Shown here: positions 39,310 to 48,799 of the stretch, piece after piece | Layout: every line of letters begins with the position of its first letter | Position numbering within the stretch: position 1 is the first letter of the stretch | Source of the DNA: an uncultured Verrucomicrobiae bacterium | GTDB taxonomy: Bacteria > Chlamydiota > Chlamydiia > Chlamydiales > Rhabdochlamydiaceae | Assembly (NCBI GenBank): GCA_963806855.1 | Contig: CAWDYW010000001.1 | Coordinates: forward strand, 1,024,001 to 1,088,000 | Length of the DNA stretch: 64,000 bases | Reading direction: 5' to 3' | The notes under the pieces: generated by a model | What the model was told of the DNA's origin: nothing | What the model saw: only the letters and a program-made list of their open reading frames with translations | Database searches by the model: none | Made by a program: the position numbers and the translations under genes

Positions 39310-39942
39310 TTATCGGTTGTGAGATAGGTTCTTAGGGGCGATAACCTTTGGTTCCTTCGAGGTGAAATAATGATAGGTTTCCTTCAGTCCTGTCCATGGA
39401 TTGATGTTTTTGCGCAACAGATATAAAGCTAAGATGTTTATTGGTAAAATAATAGGAAGAATTCTTCCATCATGGTCAATTTGCCACTGCTCGAGTTCAG
39501 CCGCTGTGTTGTTAATTATATGTAATGCAATCGGTAATAGGTAGCCGCCAGTTTCCTCTTTTAAATACCCTAAAGCACGTCCTAAAAGCCAAAATTTTAA
39601 AAGAGGAAGATCATCATGGTGATATCCGAAATATGCTGCTGAGATAACTGCGCGAGCGGTCTTTCTCGCTTCGCTTTGCGCTGTTGTTTTTGGTCTGCCT
39701 TGGATGATATTTAAGGAGATATCAATAATCTTTGGCAGAGCTCCACGATACACAATCTCCTCAGCTATCGGCAGAAATACACAGCCACCTATCAGAGTAT
39801 CGCTTCCGCCCGCCCGAACGATCATCCTTAAGCTACCATAAGCTACGGCTCCCAGTAAGATCCCTTTAAAAGCTTCTTGCGCCCAAGTAGCAGGGGTCTT
39901 GCTAGGTGTGAAATAATTTCCTAAAACTCTTTGTATTGACAT
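39310..39942 (-). CDS. CPBP (CAAX/Abi) family intramembrane protease
   Basis: AEEIVYRG, FGYHH, IALHIINN motifs. Confidence 0.8.
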   Translation of the reverse strand: MSIQRVLGNYFTPSKTPATWAQEAFKGILLGAVAYGSLRMIVRAGGSDTLIGGCVFLPIAEEIVYRGALPKIIDISLNIIQGRPKTTAQSEARKTARAVISAAYFGYHHDDLPLLKFWLLGRALGYLKEETGGYLLPIALHIINNTAAELEQWQIDHDGRILPIILPINILALYLLRKNINPWTGLKETYHYFTSKEPKVIAPKNLSHNR

Positions 39943-39956
39943 GTCAAATCCAGTTA

Positions 39957-41024
39957 TTATTTTGTGTTTAATAATTTAATCGTTTCGGCGATTTCTGCTT
40001 CGGTTGTGAACCTTGATAGAGAGAACCTTATAGTCGACAGCGCTTCAGCCTTCGTCAACCCCATCGTGAGCAGTACCCGGGACGGCTCCAAGGACCCCGA
40101 CGAGCATGCCGAGCCCATACTGGCCGCAATTCCCTGTAAATCGAGCTGGATCAGCATCGCTTCCCCATCGACTCCGGGAAAAGTGATGCTCGATGTATTG
40201 CAGACCCGCAGTCCCGACCCATTGACCCGATGTCCCGCCTCCAATAGACTGCGGAGCTGCTGCATCCGGACGATCGCCCCTGGCAACTCCAATTCGAGCA
40301 ATTCGATCGCCTTGGCCAAGCCGATAATCCCCGGAAGGTTTTCTGTGCCCGCCCGACGGAGACCCTCTTGGCCCCCGCCAGTTAGCAGTGGCTCAAGCTT
40401 GCACCCCTTGCGGACAAACAACAGCCCAATGCCCTTCGGCCCATGGATCTTATGTCCTGAAAATGCAATCGCACTGACTCCCTTTGGAATCGTGATTTTA
40501 TCCTTGCCAAGCCATGCTACTCCATCGACAATGAATGGAATTTGCAACCTTTCTGCGATCTGTGCAATCTCTTCGATCGGATTCTTAACACCTGTCTCGC
40601 TATTGACCGCGCTCAAGACAATTACCGAATTGGAGGTGACCATTTTTTCGACATCTGCAATCTGCACATGCCCCTCGCGTCCGACCGGCAGATAGACAAT
40701 GGGGCTCCCGAGCCGTTTAACCGTCTCAAAAACCGCCGAATGCTCGATCGGACTGGTGATCACCTGCCCTTGCAGTTTCAACCCCAAAATGGCCAAATTA
40801 AGCGCTTCTGTGCCACTCGACGTAAAGACAAGCTCACCCGGCTTCACCTCCAAATAGGAGGCGATATGTTCGCGCGCCCGAGAAAGACGTTGATGAGCTG
40901 CCCGGCCAAAGCTATGGATACTTGAAGGATTTGAAGGGCCAGCCTCCAACTCAGTGAGCATCGCAGCGACAACCCGCGGATCAACCAGGGTCGTCCCATT
41001 ATTATCTAAAAATATTTTTTGCAT
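39957..41024 (-). CDS. iscS: Cysteine desulfurase (IscS/NifS family)
   Basis: FLDNNGTT, NPSSIH, SGHKIHGPKGIG PLP lysine, GSACSSGS catalytic Cys. Confidence 0.92.
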   Translation of the reverse strand: MQKIFLDNNGTTLVDPRVVAAMLTELEAGPSNPSSIHSFGRAAHQRLSRAREHIASYLEVKPGELVFTSSGTEALNLAILGLKLQGQVITSPIEHSAVFETVKRLGSPIVYLPVGREGHVQIADVEKMVTSNSVIVLSAVNSETGVKNPIEEIAQIAERLQIPFIVDGVAWLGKDKITIPKGVSAIAFSGHKIHGPKGIGLLFVRKGCKLEPLLTGGGQEGLRRAGTENLPGIIGLAKAIELLELELPGAIVRMQQLRSLLEAGHRVNGSGLRVCNTSSITFPGVDGEAMLIQLDLQGIAASMGSACSSGSLEPSRVLLTMGLTKAEALSTIRFSLSRFTTEAEIAETIKLLNTK

Positions 41025-41052
41025 CCTATAAGAATAACAGATTTGAAAGAGA

Positions 41053-41089
41053 AAAGCAATTGTTTCGGGTATGTCAAAACAATTGCTTT
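41053..41089. terminator. 13-bp inverted repeat, probable terminator (or operator)
   Basis: AAAGCAATTGTTT-N11-AAACAATTGCTTT just downstream of the 41101 ORF and upstream of iscS. Confidence 0.4.
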
Positions 41090-41100
41090 AAAGATAAAAT

Positions 41101-41541
41101 TTATAAGTTGATTTTGCTTGCGATCAGTGCGCCAGACTGTCTTAATTCTGTGGTCGTTAAATAAAGTAGAAATGCGCCTAATACTAGAGTAGGTAGAGCA
41201 GTTATTGATGCTCTTTGAACGACGTCCCTATGATAGGAGGTGGAACTTTCACTATAATACCATTCTTTTGCCTCATAACATGCAATTGCCAAACTAAATG
41301 TACCAATTACGGTGGAGGCTAGAATGATCCCAGATGTCAGAACAAATGATGCAGTTTTATTTGTTAAAGCATCGAGAGTCCCCGTGCTCAAATCTCTATA
41401 TAATTCTGAGGGATTTGAAAAGACTCCGCCAAGATTCTGATCTACGAGATTTTCAGCAACGCCCAAGTAGTGAGCTATTGTACTACCAAATGAACTTGCA
41501 ACATCTACAATTTTATCACCAATCATTATATCCTCCGACAT
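41101..41541 (-). CDS. Small membrane protein with two hydrophobic segments
   Basis: 146-aa ORF with two TM-like stretches in an AT-rich context. Confidence 0.5.
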   Translation of the reverse strand: MSEDIMIGDKIVDVASSFGSTIAHYLGVAENLVDQNLGGVFSNPSELYRDLSTGTLDALTNKTASFVLTSGIILASTVIGTFSLAIACYEAKEWYYSESSTSYHRDVVQRASITALPTLVLGAFLLYLTTTELRQSGALIASKINL

Positions 41542-41762
41542 TTTAGGCTTTATGAAATGAGGTTATTATATTCATAGTTCACAATTATGTCTATGTGACT
41601 TGATTATTGAAGATGAAAAGACCAGGATATTCAAAAAAGTGCTTTAAGAAAATGATCGCTATAGAAGAAAATAGCGCGGATGAAAAAGAAAGCGCCGATT
41701 AAGAAAATCAATTTACTTGGCGACTTGCCAAGAAATAAATTGTGCAACAGCTGCTGCCCGAA

Positions 41763-42497
41763 TTAAGCACCGACCTTCAGCATGAGGATGGTTATGTTAT
41801 CATTGCCGCCGTTTTTCTTTGCTTCTAAGATCAACATGGCCGTTGCAGACTCTAAAGTATCAGAGCTATCGATGATGTCGTGGATTTGGGCGTCGGGGAG
41901 GGCGTCGGTCAGCCCATCGGAGCAGAGGAAGTAGATGTCGCCTACTTCTAGCTGGTCGGTGCCGAAATCGGGGGTGACGTGCCGTTGAGTCCCGACGGCG
42001 CGGGTGAGGACGTTTTTGTAGGGGAAGTTGCGGGCGAGCGATTCGTCGAGTTCACCGGAGGCGATCAGCTCTTCCTTTAGGGAGTGGTCGTGGGTCAATT
42101 GCATGAGTCGCCCTTTCCGGATCCGGTAGATGCGGCTATCTCCCACATGGGCATAGAGCATCGTGTTTCCGACAATGAGAACAATACAGACGGTAGTTCC
42201 CATCCCTGACAAATTGCGATCATGTAATCCAAGGGTGAGTACATGGAGATTCGCCTTTTGGATCGCTGCAGCGAGGATTTCGCGCCACTCTTTGAGTTCA
42301 TGTCGCGTTTGAGCTGCGGCTTTGATCTCTTTGCAGATGAGCAACACAGTCTCACTGGCAGCTACTTCGCCAGCATTATGTCCCCCCATTCCATCGGCGA
42401 GGATGTAGAGATGCTCGCGCGGCATCTGGGCCCATACATCTTCGTTGTTGAGCCGCACTAGTCCAATATCTGTCGCGCCGAAGGACTCAATTTTCAT
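41763..42497 (-). CDS. PP2C-family Ser/Thr protein phosphatase
   Basis: NNED, LADGMGGH..GEVAA, MGTT, HVGDSRIY, LCSDGL, GGNDNIT. Confidence 0.95.
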   Translation of the reverse strand: MKIESFGATDIGLVRLNNEDVWAQMPREHLYILADGMGGHNAGEVAASETVLLICKEIKAAAQTRHELKEWREILAAAIQKANLHVLTLGLHDRNLSGMGTTVCIVLIVGNTMLYAHVGDSRIYRIRKGRLMQLTHDHSLKEELIASGELDESLARNFPYKNVLTRAVGTQRHVTPDFGTDQLEVGDIYFLCSDGLTDALPDAQIHDIIDSSDTLESATAMLILEAKKNGGNDNITILMLKVGA

Positions 42498-43686
42498 TGC
42501 ATTTTTCCGCTGTTGGATTTGTGACGCGTCCCATGAAGAGGATCGCCTTCGAATGGGTGTCGACGATGAGGAAGAGGAAGGGGTGATCGGCGATAAATGG
42601 GGTAATTTTTTCGGGCGGAACGTAGACCGACTTGAGCGATAGGGTACTCGTGGTGGCCGAAGCGGCGGTCACTCCATTTTCCTTGAAAGAAAAATAGGTC
42701 TCATGGAGAACGCTTGAGAGGAAAAGATCTTTTGCTCCATTGATTTTGGAAAAATCGGCTCCGTAGCTAAAGGCATTGCCCATGCCGAGCTCGATGAGAG
42801 GTTCGTTGAGGCTGACCCGTTTTTTGAAGCAAAATTTAGGGATTTGGAGATTGAGTGTAGTCGATTGGCCCGAGCTTAGCCATTTGCTTAGATTTTCGAT
42901 GTTTAAAGAATTTTCCAGATCGGCGATATCGCCCCTGGGCAAAAGAATGACACACTCGAGAAGGGGCTGTTCTGTGCTCTGTCTAACGAAGGGGAGCGAT
43001 AGCACTTGGAGCTCTTCATTTTCGAAATAGGAGAAGGAATGGGTTTGCTGCAGCCTCTGCACTTCTATTGCCGGCTTATTGGGGACATGGAAGAGGCCCG
43101 GTTTTGTCGCTTTGGAATCAAATGGGTAGACCCAATCCCCATTGAAATAGACCGCATTGACGACGATTAGGCGTGTAGAGGAGTCGAGGTCACCCTCTTG
43201 CAGCATATTCGGAATTTTTTCTTTCGTCTTGTCGGAAATCCAATTGTTGATGATCTCGGTCGCTTGGCTCGGTTTGCCATAATTGATTGTCTGCAATTCA
43301 GCTTGGAAGTCTCTCATGCCGATCTGTTGAAATGAGGGGAGAAAGGTGACCCCTTCGTGCGGAAAAAGGGCGTTGGCAATATTGAGTTGATACCCTTTTT
43401 GAACGGGGACGGTAAGACCTTTGAGCTGTTTGTTAAGGGCCTTGAGAAAGTTGTCGTCTTTGCCCGAGAGGTGGAGCACTGTTTTCATTTGCGCGGCTGT
43501 CTCTCCACCGGCGCCGAAATAGAGGAGAGAGAGATTGGAGAAAATCCCATAAGGGGAAAAGGCGAGGTTGCCCTGATGGCCTTGAAGTTTTGAATAGAGC
43601 GAGAGGGCAAACTGATTATTGTCTTCGCCGATCGATTGGGCGAAACAATGGAAGGTAAGCAAGAGGCAGAGAAGCAATTTTTTCAT
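42487..43686 (-). CDS. Secreted serpin (serine protease inhibitor)
   Basis: Signal peptide MKKLLLCLLL, FSPYGI, INNWISDKT, VNAVYFNGDW, hinge ENGVTAASAT, FIADHPFLFLI, LFMGRV. Confidence 0.93.
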   Translation of the reverse strand: MKKLLLCLLLTFHCFAQSIGEDNNQFALSLYSKLQGHQGNLAFSPYGIFSNLSLLYFGAGGETAAQMKTVLHLSGKDDNFLKALNKQLKGLTVPVQKGYQLNIANALFPHEGVTFLPSFQQIGMRDFQAELQTINYGKPSQATEIINNWISDKTKEKIPNMLQEGDLDSSTRLIVVNAVYFNGDWVYPFDSKATKPGLFHVPNKPAIEVQRLQQTHSFSYFENEELQVLSLPFVRQSTEQPLLECVILLPRGDIADLENSLNIENLSKWLSSGQSTTLNLQIPKFCFKKRVSLNEPLIELGMGNAFSYGADFSKINGAKDLFLSSVLHETYFSFKENGVTAASATTSTLSLKSVYVPPEKITPFIADHPFLFLIVDTHSKAILFMGRVTNPTAEKCNEN

Positions 43687-44528
43687 GATAGGTCCGTGGT
43701 GAAGAGGATGCGAAATGCGCTGACGCTGTTGAAGGCGATATGGAGTCCAATCGGGGCCCAAAGAGAGCCTTGCCGCTCATATAGGAAGCCCAAAAATGTC
43801 CCTAAGATGAGCAGTGAGAAAATCAAAGAGACATTCCCCAAACCGTGCCCTGCGGAATAATGGAAAATGGCAAAGACCAGAGCCGATAATAGAATAGCCG
43901 CTTTCGGGCCGATCCGCTTCTTCAGATAGGTTTGGAGAACGCCGCGAAAGAGAAATTCTTCGAGTAGAGGGGCCATGATGAGCACCGAGAGCAGAGCAAA
44001 GATCAGCGACAGGGGAGTGTTCATCGCCACTTTGACAAACTTGACCGCATTCTGTTCAAAGTCTTTTAAATGGAAGAGTTGTTTCATTGTGGTGTCGAGC
44101 AAGTCGCCTAAAATCGACACAAGCGGGAAGCTCATGAACCAGGTGATGCCACCTACCCACAAGTCGAGCAAAATCGAAGAGGGGGGAGTATGGGCTTTAT
44201 CTTTCCAGATTTTACGAAAGCTAATTGGATCTCTCCCAAACATAAACCACTGCAAAATGAGGAAGAGAATGAGCATGACGCCAAATTGCAATCCGGTGAT
44301 CGCGCTAACAGGCGGGTTGGCGGGGCGCCATAGTGCTTGAAAACCGAGCAGGAGAACTTGGCTAACGAAATAGGTGAGCAAAAGATAGAGGGCGAACACG
44401 GAAATGAGTTGGAAGTTTGTGACAAGAGGGACCTCATTTCCCTGCTGTTTTGGGAGCTGATAAAATCCTTTAGTATAGGCTAGCCAATTGGCTGCGAAGG
44501 CCCAAAGTATTACAAGAATTGCCATCAT
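43683..44528 (-). CDS. CPBP (CAAX/Abi) family intramembrane protease
   Basis: APLLEEFLFRG, FAIFH, PIGLHIAFN motifs. Confidence 0.92.
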   Translation of the reverse strand: MMAILVILWAFAANWLAYTKGFYQLPKQQGNEVPLVTNFQLISVFALYLLLTYFVSQVLLLGFQALWRPANPPVSAITGLQFGVMLILFLILQWFMFGRDPISFRKIWKDKAHTPPSSILLDLWVGGITWFMSFPLVSILGDLLDTTMKQLFHLKDFEQNAVKFVKVAMNTPLSLIFALLSVLIMAPLLEEFLFRGVLQTYLKKRIGPKAAILLSALVFAIFHYSAGHGLGNVSLIFSLLILGTFLGFLYERQGSLWAPIGLHIAFNSVSAFRILFTTDLS

Positions 44529-44547
44529 TTAATCCGCGGTCTTTTTT

Positions 44548-44715
44548 ATACTGCGCCCGTTTAGGTTTTGCGAATTTTTGAACCCATCATAGCGACCCGT
44601 CTACAAAGTATCTCTCCTCGAAGATATTACCAGAATATCTTCTTCGTCACGATACTTCGTATCCGGGCGCGCTCTGAGGGTCCCAAAATTCGCATAACCT
44701 AAGCGGACGCAGTAT
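44548..44715. mobile_element. MITE-like element with 38-bp imperfect terminal inverted repeats
   Basis: 44548-44585 versus the reverse complement of 44678-44715 match at 33/38. TA lies on both sides of the CTGCG...CGCAG ends. No coding capacity. Confidence 0.65.
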
Positions 44716-44766
44716 TTGCACGCTTTCCCGAGAATAACAGATGCCATAGTTCTTGGGAATCATCTG

Positions 44767-44846
44767 CATTTTCAACGCAAAGACGCAAAGAAAAAAAATA
44801 AATTTTTCCTGCGTCTTGGCGCCTTTGCGTCTTTGCGTTGAAAATG
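44767..44846. repeat. AACGCAAAGACGCAAAG palindromic repeat
   Basis: CATTTTCAACGCAAAGACGCAAAG ... CTTTGCGTCTTTGCGTTGAAAATG 24-bp IR immediately after the glgX stop. Confidence 0.8.
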
Positions 44847-44847
44847 A

Positions 44848-46765
44848 TCACACAGGGAAAAGCTTGGTCCAGAGGACGACCGCGCTACAGGGTGTCATCG
44901 AATAGGTGTCTTTGATTTCTTTTTGGGGTTCCTTAGGGTACGCGGTATCAACAATACGCTTCCAGGTTTGCCCTTCAGGTGGGGGCGGAAGCTTGACCTC
45001 GGCTAGGTTGAAATTGGCGTTGAAGGCAATGTATAGCCCTCATTTTCTCGATGGAAATAGTAGGCAATGAAGCGGCTGTTATGCCCAAAATCGGGCTTTT
45101 CTGGCTCGTTTCCATGCCAGGTCACATCGTCATCGGTCAAGAAGGCGGTCCGCTAAAAGAATTTTGTCGTCTTGCGCAGCGAGAGCACAAATTGGAAAAA
45201 TTGGTGGAGAGTCTCATTTTTTTCGCACATGTCCCAGAGGAAATAATTGAGCTCATTGTCTTGGCCGTAGGGATTGTTATTGCCATTGCTCGTGTGTCCA
45301 TATTCGTCTGCCATGAGCACCATCGGGGTGCCGACACTGAGGAGCAGCGTCGGTATGAAAATTGCGGATCTGCCGCTTCCGCAGCGCGATGAATTTTGGG
45401 GTCTTCGGTCGGGCCTTCATGTCCGCAATTCCAGGTTGAATCATAGTTCATTCCATCCCGATTGTGTTCGCCATTTTCTTCATTGTGCTTGTCTTTGTAG
45501 GTAACCATGTCGCGCAGGGTAAATCCATCATGGGCTGTGATAAAATTGATGCTGTTGATAGGGGGCTTTGCTAATATGTAGAGGTTTTGCGATCCCATCA
45601 TCACCATTGCAAATTCAGACACTTGTCCCTCGGTCCCTTTGATGAAACGGCGGACCACATCGCGGTATTGCCCATTCCATTCAGCCCAGCGAGTCCCTCC
45701 AGGAAAAGAGCCCACCTGGTAGAGTCCGGCGCATCCCACGCTTCGGCGATCAGTTTCGTTTTGGATAGAATCGGATCTTTGTTGATCGTTTCGAGGATAG
45801 GAGGATGATCGATCACATTGCCTTTTTGGTCGCGGCAAAAGATGGAGGCCAGATCAAAGCGGAACCCATCGACATGCATCTCGGAGACCCAGTAGCGCAA
45901 GGAGGAGAGGATGAATTCTATAACGACGGGGTGATTGGTGTTAACGGTGTTGTTGCAACCAGTGTAGTCGGCAAAATTTCCTTTATCATCGAGGATAAAA
46001 TAGGTCGCATTTATCGATCATCTCGAGTGTACTATTTCCGGTGTGGTTGTAGACGACATCGAGGATCACTTCGATGCCTGCTTCATGCAGCGCTTTGACC
46101 ATCGTTTTGAACTCGCGTGGAGTGCCATAGCGGGCGGTTGGGGTGAAGAAATTGATCGTCGAATAGCCCCAATAATTAAACAGCTTCTTTTTGGTCTTTG
46201 GATTTTTATGGGTATTGGCTGTCTCATCGAATTCAAAGATCGGCAGCAGCTCAACAGCATTGATCCCCAATTGCTTTAGGTAGGGGATTTTCTCGATCAG
46301 ACCGAGGAAGGTCCCAGGATTTTTGACTCCGCTGCTCTTGTCTTGGGTAAAGCCGCGCACATGCATCTCATAGATGCAAAGATCTGGGAAAGGAATTTGC
46401 AGAGGCGCATCTTTTCCCCAATCGAAGGATAGATCGGGAAAGACCTTAGCTAGAATCGATCCGTAGTTCTTTTTTCCCCAGATCTTCGAAGTGTTAAGCT
46501 CTTTGGCATAAGGGTCGATCGCCCACTGACTGTCGATTAGATAGGCGTATAGGGCATCTTGGGGGAGATTTTTGATGTGAATATGCCAAATATTGTCGGT
46601 CTTGTTTAAGGGGATCTCTTTAACCGGAGATAAATTTTTTTCGGAAAAAAATGAGAGAATTACCTCGGAAGCCGAGCTAGAATAGATGGCAAAATTGATC
46701 CCATCTCCTTGAGTGCTAATGCCTAAAGGGGTGGGGGAACCGGGATTGATGATGAGCTCTTCCAT
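44848..46765 (-). pseudogene. glgX: Glycogen debranching enzyme, disrupted
   Basis: GH13 motifs (YEMHVRGFT, NYWGY, DVVYNHT, VDGFRFDLA, IAEAWD, HDGFTL) are spread over different frames. Frameshifts near 46008, 45731, 45391 and 45350, plus an in-frame TAG at 45153-45155. Confidence 0.88.
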
Positions 46766-46877
46766 ATGACCGCGTATAACAAAAAATTATTTTAAAGGGA
46801 ATTTTTTGTTGCACTTTTTCTCATTCCTTGGGAAACTCTTCATAGTGGATAAAATATTTCTTAAAGGAGGACATTGA

Positions 46878-47405
46878 ATGTCATTAGAAAATGCAAAGCA
46901 GAATTTGAAAGAATTTGGGAAGGAGCTCAACCTTGAAGGGCTGGTTTTTGATGAAAACCACACCTGTATTTTGGGAATTGACAACACCTTTTCCCTCCAC
47001 TTGACCTACGAGCCCAATTCAGATCGTTTATATCTTTATTCCCCCATTCTCGATGGGCTTCCAAAAGATCACAAAACTCTTCTCAAACTCTACGAAGCAC
47101 TTCTCGAAGGGGCGATGCTCGGTGGACAAATGGCCGGTGGTGGAATCGGAGTTGCCGTCCCAGAAGAATTGATCCTGATGCACGCCATCATTGAAATGGG
47201 CCCTGGAACCGACGCTAAAGCCCTCTGCCGCTTTGCCCCGGTCTTCGTCGATGCGGTCGAAAAATGGCGCGATAAAGCTGGTAAAATCTGTCAAGGAATC
47301 GAAGTCCCAAGAGAGCTGCCTTCAGGTCCAATGCGCGGCGGCCCAGGTGGCCATGGCCCAGGTCCCGGCCCATCAGGCGGCACCGAGCGCTTCATTAAGA
47401 TTTAA
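46878..47405 (+). CDS. slc1: CesT-family type III secretion chaperone (Slc1-like)
   Basis: FSLHLTYEPNSDRLYLYSP..LYEALLEGAMLGGQMAGGGIGVA closely matches chlamydial Slc1. Divergent from glgX. Confidence 0.88.
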   Translation: MSLENAKQNLKEFGKELNLEGLVFDENHTCILGIDNTFSLHLTYEPNSDRLYLYSPILDGLPKDHKTLLKLYEALLEGAMLGGQMAGGGIGVAVPEELILMHAIIEMGPGTDAKALCRFAPVFVDAVEKWRDKAGKICQGIEVPRELPSGPMRGGPGGHGPGPGPSGGTERFIKI

Positions 47406-47410
47406 CGTTT

Positions 47411-47498
47411 TTTCAACGCAAAGACGCGAAGGCGCCAAGACGCAAAGAAAAGTATTTTTTTCTTTGCGTCTTGGCGCCTTTGCGTCTTTGCGTTGAAA
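47411..47498. repeat. 41-bp-arm palindrome (AACGCAAAGACGC family), likely bidirectional terminator
   Basis: 47411-47451 versus 47458-47498 inverted repeat with one G.T pair, between convergent slc1 and dnaA. Confidence 0.85.
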
Positions 47499-47503
47499 TA
47501 GGC

Positions 47504-48796
47504 CTAACTATTTTTGTTGTCTATAGAGCCCTGAATCTTCTCGAGGGCTCTTCCGATTTCTTCGGAGTCGCTTTTATCCTCAATTGCCTTGATGCTCGCC
47601 ATGACGGTCGAGTGGTCGCGGCCAAAGATCCGACCGATGTTCAGATAGGGGAGCGCTAGCTTTTTGCGGCACAGGTACATGGCCAGCTTGCGGGGGAGGG
47701 TGCACTCCTGAGACTGCGACTTGCCCAAGATATCATCCGTACGGATACCAAAATAGGCTGAGGTGGCTGTGATGATCCTCTCAGGGGTCAATTCATTTTT
47801 CTTTTCCACATTCAAGAGGTCAGCAAGCAGATGCTCAGCGGCTTCGGGGATAAGTTCGGTGGACTTTTGGTGGCGAAGGACGAGCGCTTCGAGGGCGCGG
47901 AGCATCGACTTCGAGGAGCTGTGAAACTTTTCGATAAGGAAGTTAAGCAGCGATTCAGAGAGGGGGAAATTGTAGACCTTCGCCCGGTTGGATAGCACCT
48001 CTGCCATTTTGGCTTGAGAGAGGGGATTGAGCTGGAGGACGATCCCCCATTCGAAGCGGCTAATGAGGCGCTGCTCGATTTCTTCAATTTTGCTGGGAGG
48101 AAGATGGCTGCTGAAGATGAGCTGCTTGCCGGCGGTGTGGAGGGCGTTGAACGTGTGGAATAGCTCCTCTTGGGTGGCCCCTTTGCGGGCAAGGCAATGG
48201 ACATCGTCAATAATCAGGACATCGTGGTTGCGATAAATTTCCCGAAATAGGCGCATCTGCGAACTGCGGATCGCTTGGACGACGTGCTGGGTGAACGACT
48301 CGGCGTGGACATAAAAAACCGAGAGCTGCTGCCTCTTCAATTGATGGGCGCAGGCCATGAGCAGGTGCGTTTTGCCGATCCCTTCCGGGCCATACAAGAA
48401 GATGGGGTTGTATGCGCCTGGGATGAGCTGATGGAAGAATTTGAAGGTGAGCTCACTTTGCTCCTCGTAAATGAAGTTGGCAAACTCGTAAGAGGGATCG
48501 AGCGGATCGGGCTCAATCTGGAGTGTGAGCACCGGTTCTGCGGCCTTCTCTTTTTTGACCTTTGGCGGTGTCCGGAAATGGATCTTAATGGGATGGCCGT
48601 TATTGTTGAGCAGCGAGCTTTCTGCCCGTTTGCGGACGTGCTCTTCAAACCAGGTGATCTGGAAAGAATTTTGGGCTTCGAGATAGAGATTGCAGGCATC
48701 GAAGTCAACCACGCTCAGTGGCCGCAGCCACCGGTCGACAGTCCCTTTTCCGATAAGCTCTTCGAGATCGCGCAGAAAAGCGTCCCAGGCTTGCAT
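47504..48796 (-). CDS. dnaA: Chromosomal replication initiator
   Basis: YNPIFLYGPEGIGKTHL, LIIDDVH, TQEELFHTFN, SRFEWG, IGRIFGRDHSTV. Confidence 0.95.
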   Translation of the reverse strand: MQAWDAFLRDLEELIGKGTVDRWLRPLSVVDFDACNLYLEAQNSFQITWFEEHVRKRAESSLLNNNGHPIKIHFRTPPKVKKEKAAEPVLTLQIEPDPLDPSYEFANFIYEEQSELTFKFFHQLIPGAYNPIFLYGPEGIGKTHLLMACAHQLKRQQLSVFYVHAESFTQHVVQAIRSSQMRLFREIYRNHDVLIIDDVHCLARKGATQEELFHTFNALHTAGKQLIFSSHLPPSKIEEIEQRLISRFEWGIVLQLNPLSQAKMAEVLSNRAKVYNFPLSESLLNFLIEKFHSSSKSMLRALEALVLRHQKSTELIPEAAEHLLADLLNVEKKNELTPERIITATSAYFGIRTDDILGKSQSQECTLPRKLAMYLCRKKLALPYLNIGRIFGRDHSTVMASIKAIEDKSDSEEIGRALEKIQGSIDNKNS

Positions 48797-48799
48797 CTG

